64,000 nucleotides of DNA, taken from Geopsychrobacteraceae bacterium. GTDB lineage: Bacteria; Desulfobacterota; Desulfuromonadia; Desulfuromonadales; Geopsychrobacteraceae. Numbering within the stretch: position 1 is the stretch's first letter; every line of letters starts with the position of its first letter. Positions 1 through 9,498 of the stretch are shown here, one piece after another. The notes beneath the pieces are model-generated. The model made no database searches and was not told the DNA's origin. It worked only from the letters and a program-made list of their open reading frames with translations. A program made the position numbers and the translations under genes. The stretch spans positions 672,001 to 736,000 of the forward strand of contig CAXXTB010000002.1 in assembly GCA_963676795.2 (NCBI GenBank). Reading direction: 5' to 3'.

Positions 1-846
1 CACCTGGTCTGGCTTGGCACCTACGCCCACGACGTTGGCGCCATGACCCCGGTCTTCTATGCCTTCGAGTCGCGCGAGAAGATCTTCGACATCATCGAAC
101 TGGTGACCGGCGGGCGGATGCATCCGAGCTGGTTCCGCATTGGCGGGTTGCCGCTTGATCTGCCCGAAGGCTGGAAGCAGCGGGTCGATGCCTTTACCGG
201 CAATTTCGACAAGCGCATCAACGAGTTCGACAAGATGTTGACTGACGGACCGATTTTCCGGGCGCGCAGCGAAGGGGTCGGGACAGTAACCCTGGAACAG
301 GCCATCGACTGGGGCTTCAGCGGGCCGAACCTGCGCGCCTGCGGAGTCGACTGGGATCTGCGCCGCAGTATGCCGTACAGCGGCTACCAGAATTTCGATT
401 TCGACGTGGTCACCGCGACGGGCGGCGATTGTTTTGCCCGTTACAAGGTGCGCCTGGAAGAGATGCGCCAGTCGCTGCGGATCATCAAGCAGGCTGCGGC
501 CAATATGCCGGGCGGCCGCTGGATGAGCGACGACTATCGCTACACCTATCCGCAGCGGGGCGACGGCTTGCATGACATCGAGAGCCTGATCCACCACTTC
601 GTCAACGTTTCGAGCGGTCCGGTCGCGCCACGCGGCGAATGTTACCGGGCCACCGAGTCGAGCAAAGGGGAGTGCGGCTACTACCTGGTCAGTGATGGCA
701 GTAACAGTGCCTATCGCTGCCGGATCCGCACGCCGTCTTTTGCTCATATGCAGGCGGTGCCCTGGCTGAGCAAGGGGACGCTGATTGCGGATGTGATAGC
801 AATATTGGGTTCGATAGACTTCGTCCTGGCAGACCTCGACCGGTAG
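1..846 (+). CDS. nuoD: NADH-quinone oxidoreductase subunit D domain (5'-truncated by the window edge; probably the C-terminus of a fused NuoCD/NuoBCD)
   Basis: Frame is open from base 1 ([17 protein letters not shown]). Motifs GGRMHP, RIRTPSF and C-terminal [12 protein letters not shown]; followed by nuoE-N. Confidence 0.93.
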   Translation, partial: HLVWLGTYAHDVGAMTPVFYAFESREKIFDIIELVTGGRMHPSWFRIGGLPLDLPEGWKQRVDAFTGNFDKRINEFDKMLTDGPIFRARSEGVGTVTLEQAIDWGFSGPNLRACGVDWDLRRSMPYSGYQNFDFDVVTATGGDCFARYKVRLEEMRQSLRIIKQAAANMPGGRWMSDDYRYTYPQRGDGLHDIESLIHHFVNVSSGPVAPRGECYRATESSKGECGYYLVSDGSNSAYRCRIRTPSFAHMQAVPWLSKGTLIADVIAILGSIDFVLADLDR

Positions 847-853
847 TGGTTGG

Positions 854-973
854 GGCCGCTGAAAAGACCCCACCTGCTGCGTTATGCTTGCATTCGATTC
901 CTCGACGTAGCTTTCGCTACGCCTGCGGATCAAAAGCTGCGCAAGCCTTGCATCTGGGGCCTTTTGAGCGGCC
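854..973. repeat. Long imperfect palindromic intergenic element (REP/MITE-like)
   Basis: Outer arms GGCCGCTGAAAAGACCCCACCTGC / GCATCTGGGGCCTTTTGAGCGGCC match at 20 of 24 positions as inverted repeats. Central perfect hairpin CGTAGC-TTTC-GCTACG at 906-921. Confidence 0.75.
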
Positions 974-1027
974 TTTGCCGGGCGGTGCTTGTTGAAATTC
1001 GAAAACCTGAAATACCTCATCTTAATT

Positions 1028-1072
1028 CCTTCTCCCATCGGGGAGAAGGTGCCCGGTAGGGCGGATGAGGGG
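1028..1072. repeat. REP-like double-hairpin element
   Basis: CCTTCTCCC-ATCG-GGGAGAAGG, then GCCC-GGTA-GGGC, then GGATGAGGGG. The reverse strand reads CCCCTCATCCGCCC...GGGCACCTTCTCCC...GGGAGAAGG, a REP layout familiar from proteobacteria. Confidence 0.7.
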
Positions 1073-1133
1073 AGTTCTTTTTTTAAACTGAACGACTGAA
1101 AACCTGAACAACCACAGAAGGTTTTTACTGCTT

Positions 1134-1646
1134 ATGAACGATTCCACACAGACAACGCCGGTTGGCCTGCTTGAAGAAGAGCAGATTGCTGATTTTATCC
1201 GCCATGCGATTAAGATCGATCATCCGCGTGAGATGATTATCGATATCTTGCGGGCGATACAGGTCAATCATGGCTGGGTTCCTGATGAGGGGATTGAACT
1301 GGCGGCGACCATCCTTGGCCTGACGCCGCTCGAGGTTGAAGAGGTGGCGACCTTCTACGACAAGATCTTCCGCAAGCCGGTCGGACGCTATGTCATTCAT
1401 CTCTGTGATTCAATCTGTTGCTGGAGTCTTGGCGGCGAAGCGATCGCCGCCTACCTGCAGGAGAAGCTTGCAATCGAATTCGGCCAGACCACCAGTGACG
1501 GTCTGTTTACCCTGCTCCCCTCATGTTGTATCGGGGCCTGCGGGCGGGCGCCGGCGGTGATGGTTGGGCATAGAATCTTTGGTCACCTCGACGAACAGAA
1601 GGTTGACGCCATGCTCGATGAATTGCGCAAGGAGGCGAGTGTGTGA
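1134..1646 (+). CDS. nuoE: NADH-quinone oxidoreductase subunit E
   Basis: 2Fe-2S ligands CDSICC...CIGAC, motif VATFY, and operon position. Confidence 0.95.
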   Translation: MNDSTQTTPVGLLEEEQIADFIRHAIKIDHPREMIIDILRAIQVNHGWVPDEGIELAATILGLTPLEVEEVATFYDKIFRKPVGRYVIHLCDSICCWSLGGEAIAAYLQEKLAIEFGQTTSDGLFTLLPSCCIGACGRAPAVMVGHRIFGHLDEQKVDAMLDELRKEASV

Positions 1647-2920
1647 ACGAGACTCCGCAACTACTCTTCAAAAACCGCAAGCCGGGCGAGACCGTGTTCA
1701 TGGAGGGCTACCGGGCGACCGGCGGCTATACGGCCCTGGAAAAGGCCTTCCGCGAGATGTCACCGGCTGATCTGCGTGGGCTGGTCAAGGAGGCGGCGCT
1801 GCGCGGGCGGGGCGGCGCGGGCTTTCCAACCGGGGTCAAATGGGGCTTCTTCCCAGCCGATGCGCCTGGTGTCAAGTACCTGGTCTGCAACTGCGATGAG
1901 ATGGAGCCGGGAACCTACAAGGATGGTGAACTGCTGAAAGCTGATCCTCACCAGCTGGTCGAGGGGATGATCGTCTCGGCCTACGCGCTGCAGACCGAAG
2001 TCGGCTATATCTTCATCCGCTATGCCTATGAGCCGCAGGCGGAAAATCTGCGCCGGGCGATCGCTGAGGCTGCGGCAGCCGGTTACATCGGCAAGAACAT
2101 TCTTGGTAGCGGCTTCGATTTCGAACTGCATGTCCACGGCAGCGCCGGGCGTTACATCCTCGGTGAGGAGACGGCTCTGCTCAACGGTCTCGAGGGGATT
2201 CGCCCCAATCCGCGGATGAAACCGCCTTTCCCGGCGGTGAAAGGGCTTTTCGGCCGGCCGACGACAGTCAATAACGTTGAAACCATCTCCAATATCCCGC
2301 ACATCATCAACGGCGGCGCCCAGTGGTTCAAGGATCTGGCGTTGACCCCGGATGGCTCGGGAACCAAGCTCTATGGTCTCTCCGGACATCTCAACCGGAC
2401 CGAATGTTTCGAGCTGCCGGTCGGGATCTCGCTGCGCGAAATCGTCGAGGTCTACGGTAAAGGGGTGCGCGGCGGCAAGAGGTTCAAGGCCTGCCTGCCG
2501 GGCGGTGCTTCGACACCCTACCTGACCCCTGCGCATATGGATGTCGCTCTCGATTTTTCCTCGCTGGAGCAGGTCGGCAGCCGTTTCGGTACCGCCGGGG
2601 TGACGGTTTTCGATGAAAATACCTGTATGGTCGCTGTAACACTCAACCTGATCCGCTTTTTTGCCCGTGAAAGCTGCGGCTGGTGTACCCCCTGTCGTGA
2701 CGGGCTGACCATGGTGCGCTGGCTACTCGAGACCATTGATAGCGGCAAGGGGACCCCGGAACATCTGGAGATGCTCAAGGAGCAGCTGAAGAATATCTCG
2801 GGGAACAGCTTCTGCGCCCTGGCCGAAGGGGCCATGGGACCGGTTGCCGGGTTGCTCAATCATTTTGAGCAGGAGATTGTCGACCATATTGAACTGGGCC
2901 GCTGCCCGTTGCGGAAATAA
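1643..2920 (+). CDS. nuoF: NADH-quinone oxidoreductase subunit F
   Basis: LRGRGGAGFPTG, DEMEPGTYKD, YILGEETALL, and ESCGWCTPCRDG...C N3 cluster motif. Confidence 0.97.
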   Translation: MNETPQLLFKNRKPGETVFMEGYRATGGYTALEKAFREMSPADLRGLVKEAALRGRGGAGFPTGVKWGFFPADAPGVKYLVCNCDEMEPGTYKDGELLKADPHQLVEGMIVSAYALQTEVGYIFIRYAYEPQAENLRRAIAEAAAAGYIGKNILGSGFDFELHVHGSAGRYILGEETALLNGLEGIRPNPRMKPPFPAVKGLFGRPTTVNNVETISNIPHIINGGAQWFKDLALTPDGSGTKLYGLSGHLNRTECFELPVGISLREIVEVYGKGVRGGKRFKACLPGGASTPYLTPAHMDVALDFSSLEQVGSRFGTAGVTVFDENTCMVAVTLNLIRFFARESCGWCTPCRDGLTMVRWLLETIDSGKGTPEHLEMLKEQLKNISGNSFCALAEGAMGPVAGLLNHFEQEIVDHIELGRCPLRK

Positions 2921-2928
2921 TAGAGCCT

Positions 2929-5280
2929 ATGCCGACACTGACCATCGATAACAAGACTGTAACCGTCCCGGAAGGGAAGACAATCCTTGAAGCTGCCGAG
3001 GAGCTGGGGATCGTCATTCCCCATTTCTGCTACCATAAGGCGCTCGGTGCCGTCGGGGCCTGCCGGATGTGTGCCGTGACCATCCACGAGGGGAGCGTCA
3101 AAGGCTTGAAGATGTCCTGCCTGGTCAAGGTCGAGGATGGCATGGTGGTAACCACGAGCGATGAGCGCTCCGTGGAATTCCGCAGCCGGGTGACCGAATG
3201 GCAGATGCTCAACCATCCCCACGACTGCCCGGTCTGTGATGAAGGGGGCGAATGTCAGCTCCAGGAGATGACCATCGCCGGCGGACATGGTATCCGCCGC
3301 TATGACGGGCCGAAGCGGACCTACACCAACCAGGATCTCGGGCCGTTCATCGCCCAGGAGATGAACCGCTGTATCCAGTGTTATCGCTGTGTCAGAACCT
3401 ACAAGGATTATTGCGGCGGGCGGGATTTCGGTGTGCTCGGTTCGCGCAACCGGGTGTTCTTCGGCCGTTTCAAGGACGGCATGCTCGAGAGTGATTTTTC
3501 CGGCAATATCGTCGACGCCTGTCCAACCGGCGTGTTTACCGACAGGACCTACCGCTTTAAGTCACGCTTCTGGGATCTGCAGGAAGCACCGTCGATCTGT
3601 ACGCACTGTTCGCTTGGCTGTTCAACGATTCCGGGCGGCCGCTACCGCGAACTGCAGCGGGTTCGCAGTGGCATCAATGAGGAGGTCAACGGTTTCTTTA
3701 TCTGCGACCGGGGGCGCTTCGGCAGCAGTTACGTCAACCATCCGGAGCGTCAGCGTCAGGCACGCAGTGCCGGGGAAACTGTCAGTGTTGAGCATGCATT
3801 GGAGCAGCTTGCCGTCGAGGCCCGTCGGCTGATTCGCAGCCATGGCAGTGAAGCGCTGTTGCTGCTCGGTTCCCATCGGGCTTCACTTGAGACCAACTGG
3901 TTGCTAAACCAGTGGGCTCGCGAACTGGGTGCCCGGCCGCCGGTCTTTTCGGCGCATGGCGGACGTCAGGCAACGGCCCGTGCTGTTGCTGCTTCGAAGG
4001 CTCCGTTGGCCTCTCTGGAGCAGGTCAGGCAGAGCGATTTCGTGCTGGTCGCCGGCTGTGATCCGCTGAGTGAGGCACCGATGCTCGCCGTTGCCCTGCG
4101 CCAGATGGTGCGTAACGGTGGTCAGGTTTTTGTCTACGATCCGCGCGCTGTTGAATTGCCTTGCGAATTCGACCACCAGGCTGTCACTCCTCTTGAACTT
4201 CATGAATTTCTGAACGATGGCGGCGCAGACGGAAAGCACATGCGTGAACTGCTGCAACAGGCCAAAAGCCCGGTGCTGGTTGGCGGCGGAGATCTCTTGG
4301 GGGCGTACGGGATGGTTCAGTTGCAGAGCCTTGCTGAGCGGTTAGCTAACGCAGAACGCTCTTGCCTGATTTACCCTGTTCTGGCCGGTCCTGACAGCTA
4401 TGCTGCTGGTCTGCTCGCTGATGACAGGAGCGAGACCCTGCTGGAACGACTTGAGAGCGGTAAGGTCAGGATGCTGGTCTGTGCCGAAACCGATCCTCTG
4501 CTTGAGTCTTCTGCGCCGGGGCGTATTGCAGAGCTGCTGACCGGTCTTGAGCAGCTGGTCGTCCTCGATCATCTGCCGACGGCCGTGGCAAAGGACGCCG
4601 ATCTTTTTATTCCGACGCGCACCCCGCTCGAGTGCGACGGCAGTTTCATCAACAACGAGGGGCGCGTACAGGCCTTCGCCAGGGTCCTTGAGCCGGGCAT
4701 CCCGTTGGCGCAGGAAAATCAGGGAGGGCATCCTTCGCGCGAGTTTTCGACAACGACCCCGGGCGCTGAGCCCTGGGCTGCCATCGAGGCTCTGCAGTCT
4801 CTGCTGAGCCAGAATCTGCCTCTTGCCGAATTGCGTGCCCGGATTGTCGCTGATGTTCAGCACTTGCAGGGTCTTGCGCAACTTGAGGCCGGGCATCCGG
4901 GATACCAGCTCTGTGGTGGGGCCATCAAAGCTTCTGTATCAGACCGCTTGCCGGAACAGCCGGAGGGCAGCCTGCAGCTGATTGTTTCCCCCGCTCGTTA
5001 TGGCAGTGATCTGTCAAGCCGTTACTCTGAAAAGCTGGAACCACGTTTTGTAGGAGCTCGCCTGCAGATGCATCCTCTGGATATGGTCGCCCGGCAACTG
5101 CAGGAAGGGGATGAAGTGACTCTTGACTCTGATCTCGGCAGTTTCCGTTTGCCGCTCATCAGCCAGCCCGATATGGCGCGTGGCTGTGTGGTGGTCGAAC
5201 ACAATGCCGCCCAGACTTCCCTGGTGCCCGGCAGCGGTGTCAGCTACTGTCAGGTTGGCAAGGAGGTGACGCGTGACTGA
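2929..5280 (+). CDS. nuoG: NADH-quinone oxidoreductase subunit G
   Basis: IPHFCYH...GACRMC, NHPHDCPVCDEGGECQLQ, RCIQCYRC, and the extra CTHCSLGC...C (N7-type) cluster motif. Confidence 0.96.
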   Translation: MPTLTIDNKTVTVPEGKTILEAAEELGIVIPHFCYHKALGAVGACRMCAVTIHEGSVKGLKMSCLVKVEDGMVVTTSDERSVEFRSRVTEWQMLNHPHDCPVCDEGGECQLQEMTIAGGHGIRRYDGPKRTYTNQDLGPFIAQEMNRCIQCYRCVRTYKDYCGGRDFGVLGSRNRVFFGRFKDGMLESDFSGNIVDACPTGVFTDRTYRFKSRFWDLQEAPSICTHCSLGCSTIPGGRYRELQRVRSGINEEVNGFFICDRGRFGSSYVNHPERQRQARSAGETVSVEHALEQLAVEARRLIRSHGSEALLLLGSHRASLETNWLLNQWARELGARPPVFSAHGGRQATARAVAASKAPLASLEQVRQSDFVLVAGCDPLSEAPMLAVALRQMVRNGGQVFVYDPRAVELPCEFDHQAVTPLELHEFLNDGGADGKHMRELLQQAKSPVLVGGGDLLGAYGMVQLQSLAERLANAERSCLIYPVLAGPDSYAAGLLADDRSETLLERLESGKVRMLVCAETDPLLESSAPGRIAELLTGLEQLVVLDHLPTAVAKDADLFIPTRTPLECDGSFINNEGRVQAFARVLEPGIPLAQENQGGHPSREFSTTTPGAEPWAAIEALQSLLSQNLPLAELRARIVADVQHLQGLAQLEAGHPGYQLCGGAIKASVSDRLPEQPEGSLQLIVSPARYGSDLSSRYSEKLEPRFVGARLQMHPLDMVARQLQEGDEVTLDSDLGSFRLPLISQPDMARGCVVVEHNAAQTSLVPGSGVSYCQVGKEVTRD

Positions 5281-6265
5281 GCCTCTCATCACTCTGGCGC
5301 TGATCATTGTCAAACTGGTCGTTGTTTTCGGGGTGGTCCTGACCCTGGCCGCGAACCTGGTGCTGGCTGAACGTAAGATCCTCGGTCGTATGCAGCTGCG
5401 TTACGGGCCGAACCGGGTCGGACCTTTCGGCATGCTCCAGCCGCTGGCCGATGTCATCAAGCTGATCACCAAGGAAGACTTCATTCCCGCGCAGGCTGAC
5501 AAGTGGATTTTCCTCTTCGCCCCGGGGCTGTCTGCGGTGACGGCGCTGTTGACCTTTGCCGTGGTCCCCTTTGGTCCGCCGCTGACGCTGTTCGGTCAGA
5601 GCGTGCCGATGGTCGTTATCGATCTGAATGTCGGGGTGCTCTATTTTCTCGGTCTCTCCTCGGTCGCCGTCTACGGTATCGCCCTGGGCGGCTGGGCGTC
5701 CAACTCCAAGTATGCGCTGCTCGGCAGTATCCGCGGCCTGTCGCAGTTGATCAGTTACGAATTGTCGATGGGGCTGGCGGTTGTGCCGGTGGTCATGATG
5801 GCCAAATCGTTCTCGCTCAACGATATCGTCATGGCCCAGGAGAAGATTCCGTTTCTGCTCCTCAACCCGGTCGCCTTTCTGATTTTTCTGATCAGTGTCC
5901 TGGCCGAGAGCAAGCGGATCCCGTTTGACCTGCCTGAAGCGGAAAACGAACTGGTGGCCGGTTTTCATACCGAATACTCGGGGATGCGTTTCGGCCTGTT
6001 CTTTGTCGGTGAATACATCAACATGATCATTCTGGGGTCGATGGTCGCGGTCTTCTTCCTTGGTGGCTGGCACGGTCCGGTCCTGCCGGGAGTTCTTTGG
6101 TTTATCATCAAGGTGCTGCTGGTCTGTTTCTTTTTCATCTGGACACGGGCCAGTTTGCCGCGCCTGCGTTACGATCAGCTGATGCACTTCGGCTGGAAAT
6201 TTCTCTTGCCGATCGCCCTGTTGAACGTCGTTGTGACCGGGGCTGTCCTGCTTGCGATAGGGTAG
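5273..6265 (+). CDS. nuoH: NADH-quinone oxidoreductase subunit H
   Basis: ERKILGRMQLRYGPNRVGP, PFDLPEAENELVAGFHTEYSG, PRLRYDQLM. Confidence 0.97.
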   Translation: MTEPLITLALIIVKLVVVFGVVLTLAANLVLAERKILGRMQLRYGPNRVGPFGMLQPLADVIKLITKEDFIPAQADKWIFLFAPGLSAVTALLTFAVVPFGPPLTLFGQSVPMVVIDLNVGVLYFLGLSSVAVYGIALGGWASNSKYALLGSIRGLSQLISYELSMGLAVVPVVMMAKSFSLNDIVMAQEKIPFLLLNPVAFLIFLISVLAESKRIPFDLPEAENELVAGFHTEYSGMRFGLFFVGEYINMIILGSMVAVFFLGGWHGPVLPGVLWFIIKVLLVCFFFIWTRASLPRLRYDQLMHFGWKFLLPIALLNVVVTGAVLLAIG

Positions 6266-6268
6266 ACG

Positions 6269-6799
6269 ATGCATATCTGGAGAGATATTCGAGGAACCTT
6301 GCAGCCGTTCTGGGTGACGCTGTGCAACATGTTCCGCAAGCCGGTGACCCAGAAGTATCCGGAGGAGAAGCCGGATCTGCCGCCGCGCTACCGGGCGCGG
6401 CTGATCCTGACCCGCGATCCGGACGGCAACGAGCGCTGTGTCGCCTGTCACCTGTGCAGCGCCGCCTGTCCGGTCGACTGTATCTCGATGCAGGCTATCG
6501 AGGCCGAAGACGGCCGGCGCTACGCCCAGTGGTTCCGGATCAACTTCACCCGCTGCATCTATTGCGGGATGTGTACCGAAGCCTGTCCGACTCTGGCCAT
6601 CCAGGTCACCGGCGATTTCGAACTGGCCGGGCGCGACCCGCTCAAACTGGTTTACGAAAAGGACGACCTGCTGGTCGATCACTGCGGCCAGAATACCGAG
6701 TATAACTTCTATCGTCAGTCGGGAATCGGGGTTGCTGCGCCACGCGGTGAAAACCCCGGCGAATCCAAACCTGTTGATGCAAAGGATCTGCTGCCATGA
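6269..6799 (+). CDS. nuoI: NADH-quinone oxidoreductase subunit I
   Basis: Two CxxCxxCxxxCP ferredoxin motifs and TQKYPEE. Confidence 0.96.
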   Translation: MHIWRDIRGTLQPFWVTLCNMFRKPVTQKYPEEKPDLPPRYRARLILTRDPDGNERCVACHLCSAACPVDCISMQAIEAEDGRRYAQWFRINFTRCIYCGMCTEACPTLAIQVTGDFELAGRDPLKLVYEKDDLLVDHCGQNTEYNFYRQSGIGVAAPRGENPGESKPVDAKDLLP

Positions 6800-7323
6800 T
6801 AGCGACTCTGATCTTTTACATCCTGGGCGCCATTGCCGTGATAGCGACCCTGATCGCGATCACCCGGCGCAATCCGGTGCATGCGGTCATCTACCTGGTC
6901 AACTGTTTCTTTGCCCTGGCGCTGATCTTCTATCTGCTCGGGGCATCACTGGTTGCGGCCTGGGAGGTCATCATCTACGCCGGGGCGATCATGGTACTCT
7001 TCCTCTTTATCATCATGATGCTCAGGCTCTCGCCGACAACCGATCCTTCGCGCTATTCGCCGCGCTGGGTGCAGTGGTTGCCGGTGCTGCTGATCGCCAT
7101 TGCCCTGGCGGTCTGCACCATGCTGCTGACCGGTATGGACAACCTCAGTGCTGAAGGGGTGCCGCGCTGGTATGCTTCACCACGGGATTTCGGTTACAGC
7201 CTGTTCCACGAATATGCCCTGGCGATCGAGATCGCCTCCTTTCAGCTGCTGTTTGCCGCGGTCGGCGCCTTCTATGTTGGCAAGCCGGAAGCGCTGCGCG
7301 GAGTCAAGGAGGAGGGGCGATGA
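6796..7323 (+). CDS. nuoJ: NADH-quinone oxidoreductase subunit J
   Basis: NPVHA and IIYAGAIMVLFLFIIMML; hydrophobic. Confidence 0.95.
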   Translation: MIATLIFYILGAIAVIATLIAITRRNPVHAVIYLVNCFFALALIFYLLGASLVAAWEVIIYAGAIMVLFLFIIMMLRLSPTTDPSRYSPRWVQWLPVLLIAIALAVCTMLLTGMDNLSAEGVPRWYASPRDFGYSLFHEYALAIEIASFQLLFAAVGAFYVGKPEALRGVKEEGR

Positions 7324-7625
7324 TCGTACCGATGGGACATCTGCTGATCCTGGCGACCATCCTTTTCCTCCTCGGGCTCGCCTGCGTCATCGCCTGGCGC
7401 AATCTGATCATGATCCTGATCGGGATCGAGGTCATGCTCAATGCCGTCTGTCTGACCCTGGTCGGCGCCTCGGCTTACTGGCAGAGAATCGACGGGCAGA
7501 TCATGGTCATCTTCATGATGGCGATGACCTCGGCCGAGGTTTCGATCTCGCTGGCGATGGTCGTCTACCTGCAGCGACGCAAGAACAGTATCGATATCCG
7601 CGACTTTGATGAGATGAGGGGCTGA
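7320..7625 (+). CDS. nuoK: NADH-quinone oxidoreductase subunit K
   Basis: RNLIMILIGIEVMLNA and AEVSISLA; 101 aa with three TM segments. Confidence 0.95.
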   Translation: MIVPMGHLLILATILFLLGLACVIAWRNLIMILIGIEVMLNAVCLTLVGASAYWQRIDGQIMVIFMMAMTSAEVSISLAMVVYLQRRKNSIDIRDFDEMRG

Positions 7626-9481
7626 TGGCGCTATTACTGACCTTGACATTGCTGTTACCCCTCGCCGGTGGAGTATTCATCAGCTGCTTCGGCGAGCGGG
7701 TTGCGAAACCGATCCCTGTTGTCGTCTCCTGTGCTGCGGTGATCGCAAGTTTTCTCACCTGTCTGGGGGCCTTCTCCGCAGCGGGAGAGGGCTTGCGGGT
7801 GGTGCTGTTCAGCTGGCTGAAGAGCGGCTCGTTCCAGGCCGATGTCGGTCTGCACTTCGATCCGCTGGCGGCGATCATGGCTCTGATGGTCACTGGCGTG
7901 GCCAGCCTGATCCATCTCTATGCTGCCGGCTACATGCATGACGACCCTGATCAGAGCCGCTTCTTCGCCCTGCTCAACCTGTTCGTCTTTGCCATGCTGG
8001 CGATTGTTCTGGCCGATAATCTGTTGCTGATGTTTCTCGGCTGGGAAGGGGTCGGCTTCTGCTCCTATGGACTGATCGGCTTCTGGTACCGCAAGACCGA
8101 AAACGCCAATGCCGGGCGCAAGGCGTTTATTGTTACCCGTATAGGCGACCTGTTCTTCACTGTTGCCGTCCTCTGGCTGTTCAAACTGTTCGGTACCCTC
8201 AGCATCGAGACGATCAACGCCCGGGCCGGTGAGCTGGGTCTGGTGACGGTAACGATCCTCGGCCTGCTCCTGCTGCTCGGTGCCTGTGGCAAGAGCGCCC
8301 AGCTGCCGCTGATGACCTGGCTGGCCGATGCCATGGCCGGGCCGACCCCGGTTTCGGCGCTGATTCACGCGGCAACCATGGTCACTGCCGGGGTCTACCT
8401 GCTCAGCCGTCTGTTTCCGCTGGTCTCCCTGTCTCCGGTCGCCATGGGCGCGATCGCCATCGTCGGTGTTGTAACCGCCCTCTATGCCGCAAGCTGTGCT
8501 GTCGGTCAGCGTGAGATCAAGCGGGTTCTCGCCTATTCAACCATGAGTCAGGTCGGTTACATGTTTATGGCGGTCGGGGTCGGCAGCGTCTCGGCGGCGA
8601 TGTTCCATCTGCTGACTCACGCCTTCTTCAAGTCTCTGCTCTTCATGGGCGCCGGCTGCATCATCAACCTGGCCGGTCATGAAAACGATATCCACCTGAT
8701 GGGCGGGATGCGCAAGCGTTCCAAGCCGGTCTTCCTGCTGTTTATGGCCGGTTTGATCTGTCTGGCCGGCTTCCCGCTGAGCGGCGGGTTCTTCTCCAAG
8801 GATCAGATCCTGGCGACGGCCTTCGCTCACGGCGATCCGTTCCACCTGGCGATCTATGCTGTCGGTATTCTGACCGCGGCCATCACCTCCTTTTACAGCT
8901 TCCGTCTTGCCTATCTGGTGTTTGCCGGGGACTATCGCGGCGAAGAACAGGGGCACGCGCCGTCCGGACTGATGATCTGGCCGCTGGTTCCCCTCGCACT
9001 GTTCGGTCTTGCTGGCGGACTGATCAATCTGCCGCACCTGTTCGGCGGACACAGCTGGCTGGCGGACTGGCTTGGGCAGGGGGAGGAAGAGTTCCATCTG
9101 AGTGTTCACAGCGAATATCTGTTGATCGCGACCGCGATCGCGGTCTTTCTCATCGGCCTGATCCTTGCTCACCTGCGTTACCGCCGCTTCAGAGAGCCGG
9201 CTGAGAGGGCTGTTGGTCGTTTCCTGCTCTCCGGCTGGTATTTCGATGGTTTATACGAGCGGATTCTGGTGCGCCCATTTCTCTATCTGTGCCGCTTTGT
9301 CTGGGTCGGTGGCGAACAGGGGGTCGTCGAAGGGATTGTCTACGGTTTCGGCCGGACATTCACTCACTGGGGTAAGCTGCTGCGGCTGATGACCAACGGC
9401 CGTATTTCGACCTACCTGCAGGGCTTTGTCTGGGGGCTGCTGGTGATCATCGGCTGGTTCCTGTTGCGATCCGTTGCCTAA
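7625..9481 (+). CDS. nuoL: NADH-quinone oxidoreductase subunit L
   Basis: GWEGVGFCSYGLIGFW, GKSAQLPL.TWLADAMAGPTPVSALIHAATMV, HAFFK. Confidence 0.97.
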   Translation: MALLLTLTLLLPLAGGVFISCFGERVAKPIPVVVSCAAVIASFLTCLGAFSAAGEGLRVVLFSWLKSGSFQADVGLHFDPLAAIMALMVTGVASLIHLYAAGYMHDDPDQSRFFALLNLFVFAMLAIVLADNLLLMFLGWEGVGFCSYGLIGFWYRKTENANAGRKAFIVTRIGDLFFTVAVLWLFKLFGTLSIETINARAGELGLVTVTILGLLLLLGACGKSAQLPLMTWLADAMAGPTPVSALIHAATMVTAGVYLLSRLFPLVSLSPVAMGAIAIVGVVTALYAASCAVGQREIKRVLAYSTMSQVGYMFMAVGVGSVSAAMFHLLTHAFFKSLLFMGAGCIINLAGHENDIHLMGGMRKRSKPVFLLFMAGLICLAGFPLSGGFFSKDQILATAFAHGDPFHLAIYAVGILTAAITSFYSFRLAYLVFAGDYRGEEQGHAPSGLMIWPLVPLALFGLAGGLINLPHLFGGHSWLADWLGQGEEEFHLSVHSEYLLIATAIAVFLIGLILAHLRYRRFREPAERAVGRFLLSGWYFDGLYERILVRPFLYLCRFVWVGGEQGVVEGIVYGFGRTFTHWGKLLRLMTNGRISTYLQGFVWGLLVIIGWFLLRSVA

Positions 9482-9498
9482 AGGGGAAAGCTGAACTC

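Noticed and set aside
5240..6682. 480-aa minus-strand ORF, and similar antisense ORFs across nuoL-N
   Set aside because: These are antisense shadows of well-supported nuo genes.
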